A stretch of DNA of 64,000 nt from a virus (taxonomy: Duplodnaviria; Caudoviricetes). The notes under the pieces are model-generated. The model made no database searches. It was not told the DNA's origin and saw only the letters and a list, made by a program, of their open reading frames with translations. The DNA lies in the IMG/VR virus record IMGVR_UViG_2974547928_000001, positions 1 to 64,000 of that record. One strand, given 5' to 3'. The position numbers and the translations under genes were made by a program. Position 1 is the stretch's first letter. Each line of letters starts with the position of its first letter. Shown piece by piece: positions 28,164-36,367 of the stretch.

Positions 28164-28619
28164 TTAAAAGACCTCTAGTTCTTCGTTAAAATTGGTGGAG
28201 ATATCTTTACTACTAGTTAGTAGGTTGACTGGTAACTTGTACACCTTAGATAGGAATTCCTGTATTAAACCAGTATCACAGATTTGTTGCTCATGGTCGG
28301 TAAATTCTTCACCATCTAGCATATAAGTTGTATCCTTAAATGCTTCTGGTACTACTAATGGTAAGAACTCATAATCATGAAATGGTAATTCTGATACATT
28401 AATTCCAGTAGGGGTAATACCCTTTGACATCCAGTGCTTAATTAGATCACCGACTGTGTACCCCTCACCATCATAGCAAAATGCTGAGGGTGTCATAGTA
28501 ACGTCTAGTTCTGGGTGGGTAGGGCTTACTACTTTCCAACCCTCTTCCATAGTACACCCACAATCATCGCAATCCCAGTTATCTATAAGATGCGTTACTT
28601 TCACTTCTAGCTTTTTCAT
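28164..28619 (-). CDS. Hypothetical protein
   Basis: 151 aa, DCDDCG motif. Confidence 0.7.
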   Translation of the reverse strand: MKKLEVKVTHLIDNWDCDDCGCTMEEGWKVVSPTHPELDVTMTPSAFCYDGEGYTVGDLIKHWMSKGITPTGINVSELPFHDYEFLPLVVPEAFKDTTYMLDGEEFTDHEQQICDTGLIQEFLSKVYKLPVNLLTSSKDISTNFNEELEVF

Positions 28620-28642
28620 ATCGCTATTCTCTTTAATTAATT

Positions 28643-28735
28643 TGGAGGAGGAAAGGGGATTCGAACCCCTGGAACCTATCGCTAGATCCGTCTGATTTCA
28701 AGTCAGGTGCAATAATCCATCTCTGCCATTCCTCC
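28643..28735 (-). tRNA. tRNA-Ser(UGA)
   Basis: Long variable arm, CCA. Confidence 0.92.
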
Positions 28736-28741
28736 TTAATT

Positions 28742-28818
28742 TGGTCTCTGATGTAGGATTTGAACCTACGACCCCTCCGCCCCAAACGGAGTGCTCTACC
28801 AGCCTGAGCTAATCAGAG
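28742..28818 (-). tRNA. tRNA-Pro(UGG)
   Basis: C1-G72, cloverleaf, CCA. Confidence 0.93.
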
Positions 28819-29022
28819 TAATTCCCCTAGTTCAATATGTGCAAGTTCTAGTCGGTCTCCGCGTTCCCAATCGTCACACTGCCCATCTACTTTTTCATAA
28901 ATAAAATCTTGACGTTCTTGGCTAGTCATGCTTTGTAATTTATCAAACTCTTCGCTGGTTAGCCACACCTCAGATGTTACTTCAATAACTTCTGTTCCGT
29001 ACACTTTATATTTATTTAACAT
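28813..29022 (-). CDS. Small acidic protein; stop inside tRNA-Pro
   Basis: AGGA RBS; TGA at 28815-28813. Confidence 0.65.
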   Translation of the reverse strand: MLNKYKVYGTEVIEVTSEVWLTSEEFDKLQSMTSQERQDFIYEKVDGQCDDWERGDRLELAHIELGELL

Positions 29023-29041
29023 ATTGAATTTCCTAATTAAT

Positions 29042-29116
29042 TGGCGGTACTACGGGGAATCGAACCCCGATCTTCGGTGCGACAGACCACTATAATTGCC
29101 ATTATACTATAGTACC
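29042..29116 (-). tRNA. tRNA-Asp(GUC)
   Basis: Loop CU-GUC-GC, G73, CCA. Confidence 0.9.
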
Positions 29117-29121
29117 AAAAA

Positions 29122-29335
29122 ATGTATTTAAGAATCAAGCCCCTTCATCAAGACAATGCTTGAACAAGTCCTACAAACGTAGGTGCTGTAATTTATAGTG
29201 TGATCATGACTCACATTTAATATACAGGCTTCATCGTCGGTTTAGTAGTTTTTTCTAGAATTACTAGTTAAACCTTTCGTTATCTTAAGTCCAATACCTA
29301 AACTGAACGATATAGGGCTTGATTCTTAAATACAT
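29122..29335 (-). ncRNA. Putative structured RNA closed by a perfect 21-bp terminal stem
   Basis: ATGTATTTAAGAATCAAGCCC / GGGCTTGATTCTTAAATACAT; no ORF; directly after promoter 29358-29386. Confidence 0.6.
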
Positions 29336-29426
29336 CTTTTCCCAATTTCTGATAAATATTATATCAAGAAATTGGGATTTTTGCAAATACAATTTTAATC
29401 TTCTTTATTAACATAGTTAATAAAAG

Positions 29427-29522
29427 TGGAGGAAGAAGTGGGATTTGAACCCACACACCGACTTTCATCAGCTACTGACTGTTTAGCAAACAGTTCCCTT
29501 ACCAGATTAGGGTTATTCTTCC
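29427..29522 (-). tRNA. tRNA-Ser(GCU)
   Basis: Long variable arm, CCA. Confidence 0.9.
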
Positions 29523-29530
29523 GTATTAAT

Positions 29531-29605
29531 TGGCAGGGAGTACAGGGCTCGAACCTGTGATGCCAGTGTCAAAGACTGGAGTGCTACCAACTACACCAAC
29601 TCCCT
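29531..29605 (-). tRNA. tRNA-Gln(UUG)
   Basis: Loop CU-UUG-AC, G73, CCA. Confidence 0.9.
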
Positions 29606-29782
29606 CTTAGTACTCCAAGACTTATTAGTGGCTGAACTGACCGCCTTAGAGTACGTACTCTTTATATCTTCCGTTGGGGAATACCCTGTTAGTATATTTG
29701 CTACGATAGCAGAGTATACTACCGCTGATAATACACATAGCACAGTAAGAATACTAATTAAAATAGCCCCTGAAATACTCAT
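29591..29782 (-). CDS. Small membrane protein; stop inside tRNA-Gln
   Basis: N-terminal TM helix. Confidence 0.6.
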   Translation of the reverse strand: MSISGAILISILTVLCVLSAVVYSAIVANILTGYSPTEDIKSTYSKAVSSATNKSWSTKRELV

Positions 29783-29798
29783 AATTGCCCTTAAATAT

Positions 29799-30191
29799 TT
29801 ACCATACCTTTACTTTATTATCTAGCACAGATGGGTCTGAGAAATATTCGTTAGCCTTACAGGAGTAGAATTTGTCAAACTCAAAGGCGTCTTTATCCTC
29901 CCATAAGTGCTTCAGCAGGCTAGAATGGACTACCATATCGTCTCCTCTAATAGCGATATATAATACCTCCCCACCGTATTCTAGAGTATACATGGATACT
30001 TCTTTATCTACTTCTTCATAGAATTTTAACTGAGACGCTAATTCTTTTAATTTTAAGAGCTGAGCATCAAATCCTGCGTTTGGTTTACGTTTATGCGCTT
30101 CTTCTAGTAGTGGATACATACACTCTGCTAATTCTAACGCTGCTTTACTCATTTTATTGATGGACTGTTTAGCTCCTAGATAATCTGGCAT
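29799..30191 (-). CDS. Hypothetical protein
   Basis: GAGG RBS. Confidence 0.75.
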   Translation of the reverse strand: MPDYLGAKQSINKMSKAALELAECMYPLLEEAHKRKPNAGFDAQLLKLKELASQLKFYEEVDKEVSMYTLEYGGEVLYIAIRGDDMVVHSSLLKHLWEDKDAFEFDKFYSCKANEYFSDPSVLDNKVKVW

Positions 30192-30221
30192 AATATACCT
30201 CTTCTTGTTTAAGTTATAATT

Positions 30222-30298
30222 TGGTGCCCCTTGCTGGGTTCGAACCAGCGACCTACCGATTATGAGTCGGGTGCTCTACTCTTCTGAGCTAAAGGGGC
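30222..30298 (-). tRNA. tRNA(CAU), probably Ile2 (lysidine type)
   Basis: C4-G69 and C5-G68 TilS determinants; resembles enterobacterial ileX. Confidence 0.85.
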
Positions 30299-30671
30299 TA
30301 ATTTTAATAATATCCTGCAACATGCTTACAGTAAAGTAATCACTAGAACCAGAATGCATAGATACAAATAACACATAGTGAGGGTCGTATAAAACACCTG
30401 GAGTAGCTACTAAAATCATTTGGTACAGGTAGTTGAAAAATTCTAAAGACTCTTCACTAGTGGTACCATTAATCAACTCAATAGCATTATGCACGGTTAG
30501 TGTGGCATTACTATTCTTCAACTTATACAGTACCATTTCTTTTGTACTATCACTACATGCTTCTAGGTATTCCTCTGGAGTTTGAGTGAATTCAAAGTCC
30601 CATCCCTTCATCATTGCAATTTCTGTAATAACGTGATAAAAGAAAGCACCTACGTGTTTTTTGGTTTTCAT
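30276..30671 (-). CDS. Hypothetical protein; stop inside tRNA-Ile2
   Basis: 131 aa, AGGA RBS. Confidence 0.7.
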   Translation of the reverse strand: MKTKKHVGAFFYHVITEIAMMKGWDFEFTQTPEEYLEACSDSTKEMVLYKLKNSNATLTVHNAIELINGTTSEESLEFFNYLYQMILVATPGVLYDPHYVLFVSMHSGSSDYFTVSMLQDIIKISPFSSEE

Positions 30672-30689
30672 TAGCTATTTCCTATTGTT

Positions 30690-30766
30690 TGGTGGGGCAT
30701 GTAGGATTCGAACCTACGACATTCAGATTAAGAGTCTGCTACTCTAACCAACTGAGTTAATACCCC
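30690..30766 (-). tRNA. tRNA-Lys(CUU)
   Basis: Cloverleaf, CCA. Confidence 0.93.
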
Positions 30767-30772
30767 GTAATT

Positions 30773-30849
30773 TGGTGGGATGTCGGAGACTCGAACTCCG
30801 AACCTATCGCTTAAAAGGCGAGTGCTCTAACCAATTGAGCTAACACCCC
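30773..30849 (-). tRNA. tRNA-Lys(UUU)
   Basis: Cloverleaf, CCA. Confidence 0.93.
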
Positions 30850-30855
30850 GTTATA

Positions 30856-31377
30856 TTATCTATAAGTGTCTAATAATACTTTCTTAAACATAAGGAGTTC
30901 AGTATCGGACATATCGTCCAAATCTTTTGGGGACTGCATACCGCCATGATTAAACTTCTTACATAATTTAGCACCAGCGTTATCGGGATCACCTACCCAA
31001 ACAAATTTAAATGTTTGGTGATTATTAAGTAATCTCAATAAAGGCTTACTCATACTTGATCCTAGAACGGATACTGCATTTAACCCTACACTTTGTAAAG
31101 CTGTGGCTCTAAACACTGCTTCCGTAACAAATATTAAGGTATCTGCTGGGTTAACTGTATCCAAGCCCCAAAGTGCTGGTTCTGAACTCCAAGTAAAATA
31201 TCTTGAACCACTAGGAGTATCACCCTTCTTTGGTGCGTCTGGAGTGTACTGCTGAAATCCCACAAGTCTACCATCTGTTGCAAATAAGGGAAAGGTAGCT
31301 TTGTTATTATCTAGGTCTAACCAAACTTTGTGTTGATTAGTTACTTTCTTCTGTTTAAGAACATCTAAAACATTCAT
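30856..31377 (-). CDS. Small TOPRIM/primase-like protein
   Basis: FPL...GRLVGFQ, FVTE, GDPDNAG (DxD), KDLDD. Confidence 0.75.
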   Translation of the reverse strand: MNVLDVLKQKKVTNQHKVWLDLDNNKATFPLFATDGRLVGFQQYTPDAPKKGDTPSGSRYFTWSSEPALWGLDTVNPADTLIFVTEAVFRATALQSVGLNAVSVLGSSMSKPLLRLLNNHQTFKFVWVGDPDNAGAKLCKKFNHGGMQSPKDLDDMSDTELLMFKKVLLDTYR

Positions 31378-31463
31378 TTGAAAAGCTCCCTAACTTCAAT
31401 TTATAAATATATTATATTATAAAATAAGGAACTTTGCAAGTAAATTTTTAAATAATTAGCAAA

Positions 31464-31760
31464 CTAGACATATATCTTTTCTCCTACACCTACTATCTTT
31501 ATCTCAATAGCTACTAAGTAGTCAAAATAAGCTGCGCTCCAGAAGTTAGCAAACTTATGCATTGTGCCATCATCTAATGGCAGAAGAATTTCCCAATCAA
31601 TGCACTCTTCTTCAGCTTTTAATATTAGCTCTACAGCTTTACGACACTGGTCTAGGTTAGTCCACTCATATGGTAGCTCATCAGTAGCTTTATACTCTTC
31701 CAGGGAGCTACCTATCATGTACTCTAGCACTATCTTAAAACGAAGATCACTCATCGTCAA
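31464..31760 (-). CDS. Hypothetical protein
   Basis: 98-aa ORF. Confidence 0.7.
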   Translation of the reverse strand: MTMSDLRFKIVLEYMIGSSLEEYKATDELPYEWTNLDQCRKAVELILKAEEECIDWEILLPLDDGTMHKFANFWSAAYFDYLVAIEIKIVGVGEKIYV

Positions 31761-31929
31761 TAATCTCCCAATCTATTACTGTACAATCTAATGTTGAGGC
31801 TATAGTATCTAAAAGACTATAAACCTCACCCATCTCATACATAGATACTACACCTGGGGTTATTTTAGTAACTACTCTACCATCGCTATACTGGATAGTT
31901 ACTTTTAGCCTGCCTGTCATGGATATCAT
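31747..31929 (-). CDS. Small hypothetical protein
   Basis: Operon packing. Confidence 0.6.
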   Translation of the reverse strand: MISMTGRLKVTIQYSDGRVVTKITPGVVSMYEMGEVYSLLDTIASTLDCTVIDWEIIDDE

Positions 31930-32096
31930 TTCTTAATCCAGTCGAACTGCTCAGGATCGCCTAACCAACGACAGTAGTAAGAGTCTCCTGCATCAAAACC
32001 AATCGCATTGCACTTACACATCCAGAACTCTCCTCGGTATGTAAAGTGATGTTGGTCACCACACTTCTTACATCGTAAAATCTTATCAACTTTCAT
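31926..32096 (-). CDS. Small Cys-rich zinc-binding protein
   Basis: Hand-translated MKVDKILRCKKCGD...MCKCNAIGFDAG; AAGGA RBS. Confidence 0.6.
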   Translation of the reverse strand: MKVDKILRCKKCGDQHHFTYRGEFWMCKCNAIGFDAGDSYYCRWLGDPEQFDWIKK

Positions 32097-32115
32097 ACTG
32101 TTGTTCCTTTAAATT

Positions 32116-32191
32116 TGGCAGAGGTTGTAGGAATCGAACCCACATCGCAAGGTTTTGGAGACCTGCATAATAGCCATTATACTAAACCCCT
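32116..32191 (-). tRNA. tRNA-Trp(CCA)
   Basis: A1-U72, G73, loop CU-CCA-AA. Confidence 0.92.
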
Positions 32192-32502
32192 TTAATATCT
32201 TCTAGATGTTCCATAACGCATTCAATTACATTTTCTACTGGCAACGTCCCAAATTCGCTAGATAACGCACGGCGTAGTACAGCGAACTCTTCTTTAGATA
32301 GCATTGTAATTGTTGCTGAAATATCCCTTAGGTAGATTCCCTCATTGGTACCAAAGTAGATTTCTTCATCTGGTACAACATCAAGATTATCTATAGCTAG
32401 CATGGCTTCTTTGATATCTGATGCATCATCTAGTAATAACATTCCATCAATATCAAACTCATCCGCATAATTAGCACTCATAACAACAACGGCATATTTC
32501 AT
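32182..32502 (-). CDS. Acidic hypothetical protein; stop inside tRNA-Trp
   Basis: ANYADEFD...YFGTNE motif; own promoter. Confidence 0.75.
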   Translation of the reverse strand: MKYAVVVMSANYADEFDIDGMLLLDDASDIKEAMLAIDNLDVVPDEEIYFGTNEGIYLRDISATITMLSKEEFAVLRRALSSEFGTLPVENVIECVMEHLEDIKGV

Positions 32503-32577
32503 AATTAATTCCTTATCTTTAATTTATAAATATATTATATAATAAATTTAGGAACTTAGCAAGTGAATTTTTAAATT

Positions 32578-32653
32578 TGGTGCCAGCAATAGGAATTGAA
32601 CCCATGACCTGACGCTTACAAGGCGACTGCTCTACCTACTGAGCTATACTGGC
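32578..32653 (-). tRNA. tRNA-Thr(UGU)
   Basis: Cloverleaf, CCA. Confidence 0.92.
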
Positions 32654-32658
32654 AAAAT

Positions 32659-32781
32659 TGATGGTCACTAGGGATTTGAACCCTATCAGTAGGTGCGGAA
32701 TTACGGGGAACCACCTAACCTGGGAATCGAACCCAGACCTACCCTTTCCCTACCTTGGATTACGCCACATCCACGATGACC
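32659..32781 (-). ncRNA. tRNA-like RNA with acceptor-type stem and two T-arms
   Basis: GGUCAU/GUGACC stem; CUGGGUUCGAUUCCCAG and UAGGGUUCAAAUCCCUA; ends AUCA; no anticodon arm. Confidence 0.7.
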
Positions 32782-32786
32782 TTAAA

Positions 32787-33002
32787 CTATTTATAGTACT
32801 CTAGGATAGTATCCTTTACTATTTCAAATAACTCTGTGTCTTTTTCCGATACTACTAAATACTTCCTTACTTCGTTTTTTCCTACACTACGCCTAAATGA
32901 CTTGATTTTATCAATAAGGTGATTCAAAATAACTAAATCATCCTCGCTAAGAGCAGATACAATATCGCTGTTACTTAGTACTAGGAATTTATTGTTTTGC
33001 AT
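32787..33002 (-). CDS. Small hypothetical protein
   Basis: Start MQNNKF after TAAGG. Confidence 0.65.
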   Translation of the reverse strand: MQNNKFLVLSNSDIVSALSEDDLVILNHLIDKIKSFRRSVGKNEVRKYLVVSEKDTELFEIVKDTILEYYK

Positions 33003-33020
33003 ATAAGTTACCTTAATAAT

Positions 33021-33112
33021 TGGCAGAAGAAGTGGGAGTCGAACCCACAAGGCGTCTTTTGACACTCAGCTACTTTCCAAGCAGTTCCCGTCTCCAATCG
33101 GTTTGTTCTTCT
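33021..33112 (-). tRNA. tRNA-Ser(GGA)
   Basis: Long variable arm, G73, CCA. Confidence 0.85.
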
Positions 33113-33119
33113 ATAAATT

Positions 33120-33197
33120 TGGTGGGACTAGGGAGAGTCGAACTCCCAAGATACTAACACCTAAGGCTAGCGCGTATACCAATTCCGCCATAGTCCC
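33120..33197 (-). tRNA. tRNA-Leu(UAG), short variable region
   Basis: Loop CU-UAG-GU, CCA. Confidence 0.88.
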
Positions 33198-33202
33198 AAA
33201 TT

Positions 33203-33279
33203 TGGTGCCGAGGGCGGGGGTCGAACCCGCAGAACCTGCGTTTTAAGCACAGTACGTATGCCTATTCCGTCACCTCGGC
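33203..33279 (-). tRNA. tRNA-Leu(UAA), short variable region
   Basis: Loop CU-UAA-AA, CCA. Confidence 0.88.
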
Positions 33280-33536
33280 TATTTAATCTCTACTTCATTC
33301 CCCTCTGAATCCTCCCATACCTCTGGTTTACCATCAGCAAAATGAACTGAGTGTCTGCAGGGCAAGTAGATGAGTGCTCCCTTACCAGCTCCGTGATATA
33401 GTAGATCCTCTACTCGTTCCTCTCCACATACTTTGCACATGCCTTTTGGCTGCGTGAATACTTGTGGTTTAAGGCTACCATTAAATAGCTCTTCAACTAC
33501 TTTCCTAGCCCTTTCTTTCAATTCCTCATCATGCAT
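33279..33536 (-). CDS. Zinc-binding hypothetical protein
   Basis: Start MHDEE after AAGGA; CKVCG...PCRH. Confidence 0.65.
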   Translation of the reverse strand: MHDEELKERARKVVEELFNGSLKPQVFTQPKGMCKVCGEERVEDLLYHGAGKGALIYLPCRHSVHFADGKPEVWEDSEGNEVEIK

Positions 33537-33549
33537 AGTATGTTCCTTA

Positions 33550-33727
33550 TAGTTGATTAAAGCTATGTGTATATAGGCTTCACTTTGCGAGGAGATAAGC
33601 CTAACCTTTATGCTATATTGGGTCGCCAAACCCTCAGGGAGAACCACTTCCCATCTACTCACACATTTAGAGTCACATTCTTCTTGGCGGCTAGTTCTAG
33701 CGTTTATACACATACTTTAATCAACTA
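33550..33727 (-). ncRNA. Putative structured RNA closed by a ~23-bp terminal stem
   Basis: TAGTTGATTAAAG(C)TATGTGTATA / TATACACATACTTTAATCAACTA with internal hairpins. Confidence 0.55.
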
Positions 33728-33737
33728 AGTTAATTAA

Positions 33738-33874
33738 ATGTGGGTTCCCCTCTTCTCCCACTTAGTTAGTCAGACCGTTTAATGAGGCTAGCATGCCAAT
33801 TAAGGCGTCGGTTGGGACTTGCTAGTAAGTCTACCAACCCCGTTGTGCTTCATATAAGGTGACTATTCCTACAC
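33738..33874 (-). ncRNA. Putative ~135-nt structured RNA with complementary loops
   Basis: TAGTCA/TGACTA and GGTTGG-GACTT/AAGTC-CCAACC; loops CTAGCA and TGCTAG are complementary. Confidence 0.45.
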
Positions 33875-34228
33875 TCTACACGGTTGTTCTTTAAACCAAT
33901 TGATTTTTAAGCCAGTAGACTCAGTATATAATCTCTCTAGCTCTTTAAGCTCGTAGATAGGGTTTTCTGTTTCTAAATCCCATAAAAAGTCACTAAAGGA
34001 GTTCCAAGACTCAGCATCCATTACAGGAACACTTATCTCACTCCCGAACGTGCTAGAATCATGAACATCAACCCTACCACAGCAGTAATATGTTTCATAC
34101 TCTTTTCGTGTATAAAACGTTCCTGGGTTAACTGTGGACTCTACTTCTACCTCTGTAAATGGTACGTTATTATCTTCATACCACCCTACATTAACCACAC
34201 CCATCCAGTTTAAAAAGTATGTGCACAA
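33869..34228 (-). CDS. Hypothetical protein
   Basis: ORF in operon; start uncertain. Confidence 0.7.
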   Translation of the reverse strand: MCTYFLNWMGVVNVGWYEDNNVPFTEVEVESTVNPGTFYTRKEYETYYCCGRVDVHDSSTFGSEISVPVMDAESWNSFSDFLWDLETENPIYELKELERLYTESTGLKINWFKEQPCRV

Positions 34229-34461
34229 TCTAATGCCTCCAATCTATTCGATAGGTTCTTTACTTTTTCAAATTCGGAATCTGAAAGTGCGTGCCCCTCA
34301 ATAGCACATGAGGTTCTAGCATTCTCCATTATACTATCTGTATCGGGATACGCCCACACTGAATAAGTCTTGCCACTACACGTGGCGGCTCTGCCTATGA
34401 ATATGTATCCTTTATTTAGGAGAAAGCTATCCAAAGCTTTTGAACTCGATAATTTCATCAT
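34210..34461 (-). CDS. Hypothetical protein
   Basis: 83-aa ORF. Confidence 0.6.
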   Translation of the reverse strand: MMKLSSSKALDSFLLNKGYIFIGRAATCSGKTYSVWAYPDTDSIMENARTSCAIEGHALSDSEFEKVKNLSNRLEALDCAHTF

Positions 34462-34479
34462 AGCTAACTACTCTTTAAT

Positions 34480-34558
34480 TGGGGGAGATTGAGGGATTCG
34501 AACCCTCCTGGTATCCTCGGTGCAAGCGAGGTGAACACCCCAAGCATTCCCAATCCCC
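34480..34558 (-). tRNA. tRNA-Ala(UGC)
   Basis: G3-U70 pair; unusual C73; atypical D arm. Confidence 0.85.
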
Positions 34559-34564
34559 GTAAGT

Positions 34565-34641
34565 TGGTACACCCAACGGGATTCGAACCCGTGTTGCTTG
34601 CGTGAAAGGCAAGTGTCCTGACCTGGCTAGACGATAGGTGC
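34565..34641 (-). tRNA. tRNA-Glu(UUC)
   Basis: Loop CU-UUC-AC, CCA. Confidence 0.92.
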
Positions 34642-34648
34642 ATTAAAT

Positions 34649-34999
34649 TTATAGATATATGCTTACTAGATGTGCTACATCTTGCGATAGATTTTCTTCT
34701 GATTGTTTAAGATCTAAAGAGAATCTTCTAGAGATTCTAAGTATTTTCTCTGTAATATCTGAGATTGCTAATCTACGAATTTCAGCATACTGCTCTTCAT
34801 CGTACAAGTAATCAAAGTGGCTTTCTGGGAAATGTAGCTCATAAAGTTTACCACACGTAGTGCATTGACCGTTTATCCAAATTTCACAGCACCCGTCACA
34901 TCCATCTCCTTGATATAAGTAAGTATTGCCACCACAGTTTTCGCATATACACTGATGTTTTTCGTCTTTCTTAGCTCTAATTATTGCAGTAAGATTCAT
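34649..34999 (-). CDS. Cys-rich zinc-binding protein
   Basis: CENCG...CTTCG; own promoter. Confidence 0.7.
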   Translation of the reverse strand: MNLTAIIRAKKDEKHQCICENCGGNTYLYQGDGCDGCCEIWINGQCTTCGKLYELHFPESHFDYLYDEEQYAEIRRLAISDITEKILRISRRFSLDLKQSEENLSQDVAHLVSIYL

Positions 35000-35067
35000 T
35001 ACTTAATTCCTCATTTCAATTTATAGATATATTATAATTGAAATTCAGCGTTTTGGCAAGTAAATTT

Positions 35068-35550
35068 TTAAAATTTATATACGTTATCAAAGTTATGGAT
35101 AGCTACTTCCTTTACCCTTACCTCATCAAGTAGTTCTTTACACAGGTACTCTTCCTTATCTACTATAACTAGGCTTCTACGTATAGCTCTATTTGGTAGT
35201 TCAAATACTATAACGTTATCTGTTTCTAGAACCAAAGGCATTTGCGCAATATGAGCCTTGCAACGGGTTCTACAATACTCCGGAGAGTCCGACCAACCCA
35301 ATACCCACTCACCGTTAGGTGCTCGATATTTAGATACAAGAACTGAGGGCTTTGGTATGGAATAGTCACCTAGCCTTGGCTTTAACACAATATAGGCTTT
35401 ACCTATAGCCATTCTGGATGGGTCGGTTATACACTTAGCCTGTGGTACTTGGTATAAACTAATTAACTGACATCTACCAATATAATGCTCATCATGATCT
35501 GATGGACTATATACATAACCAGGTTGTAAAAAGTAATAGTAATCTTTCAT
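35068..35550 (-). CDS. Hypothetical protein
   Basis: PGYVYS..D.DEHYI...L..LY motif. Confidence 0.7.
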   Translation of the reverse strand: MKDYYYFLQPGYVYSPSDHDEHYIGRCQLISLYQVPQAKCITDPSRMAIGKAYIVLKPRLGDYSIPKPSVLVSKYRAPNGEWVLGWSDSPEYCRTRCKAHIAQMPLVLETDNVIVFELPNRAIRRSLVIVDKEEYLCKELLDEVRVKEVAIHNFDNVYKF

Positions 35551-35567
35551 AATACTGCCCTAAAAAT

Positions 35568-35643
35568 TGGCGCGGGCGGAGGGACTCGAACCCTCGCTGT
35601 ACGGGTTGGAAGCCCGACCGAATAGCCACTATCTTACGCACGC
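35568..35643 (-). tRNA. tRNA-Gly(UCC)
   Basis: GCG acceptor, loop CU-UCC-AA, CCA. Confidence 0.88.
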
Positions 35644-35918
35644 TTAAATAATTTTTTAATTCGTTCCCAAAAGGTTGGTTTTTTATTGCCAGTAGTAATA
35701 CTAGCTAATAGTTCTCTAGCTTTGGAGCAGTCAAGTCCAATATCTAACGGTTCAGGCTTTTTCTCAACCAATGTAAACTGTACCCCTTTGCGTTTAAGAT
35801 CATCTAAAGATACTGACTTATTGTCACAATCGTAGACAAACTGAATTCCTGTCTTTCTAGCTGTATAAAATTTATTTACTCTTCTTTTAACACATGGATG
35901 GTCTGTTACTAAAAACAT
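35634..35918 (-). CDS. Basic hypothetical protein; stop inside tRNA-Gly
   Basis: C-terminal amphipathic FWERIKKLF. Confidence 0.7.
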   Translation of the reverse strand: MFLVTDHPCVKRRVNKFYTARKTGIQFVYDCDNKSVSLDDLKRKGVQFTLVEKKPEPLDIGLDCSKARELLASITTGNKKPTFWERIKKLFKRA

Positions 35919-35919
35919 T

Positions 35920-36267
35920 TTATGCCCTATTTTGTATTAGTAGTACTCCGTAGTTACTAAGACTCTGCTTTGCTAACATCATCTTATCTACTGCGGAGGG
36001 GTTGTGGGAGTGAACGTACACCTCTCTTAGGTTTGGTAGTTCTCCACTATGGAGGAGCTCTTCTACAAGATTTAATACATCATTCCCTTCCTTATCTTCG
36101 CCTAGATCATTATCTAGTGAGATATGGGTAATATTATCACTACAGCCATCTAAAGCTGATAGTGCTTCGCTAAAGGTTTTCGCCCAAATAACCTTTTTAA
36201 ATACGTCTGTATCAGTAAAGTCTTTTGGGTCTCTTAAATCATCCAACCATAATAATAGTGGAAACAT
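35920..36267 (-). CDS. Cyclic-phosphate-processing receiver-domain-like protein
   Basis: LWLDDLR, ISLDNDLG, GNDVL, VHSHNP motifs. Confidence 0.75.
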   Translation of the reverse strand: MFPLLLWLDDLRDPKDFTDTDVFKKVIWAKTFSEALSALDGCSDNITHISLDNDLGEDKEGNDVLNLVEELLHSGELPNLREVYVHSHNPSAVDKMMLAKQSLSNYGVLLIQNRA

Positions 36268-36284
36268 ACTGTTACCTCAGTAAT

Positions 36285-36361
36285 TGGTAGCGAGTGCAGG
36301 AATCGAACCTACCTAAGCTGGCTTATGAGACCAGAGAGTTCCCCAGAACTTCTAACTCGCA
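36285..36361 (-). tRNA. tRNA-Met(CAU), probably initiator
   Basis: Unpaired U1xU72, CCA. Confidence 0.82.
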
Positions 36362-36367
36362 ATTAAT

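Noticed and set aside
33537-33713. N-terminal extension of ORF 33279..33713
   Set aside because: A better start with RBS lies at 33536; the extension coincides with a stem-enclosed RNA
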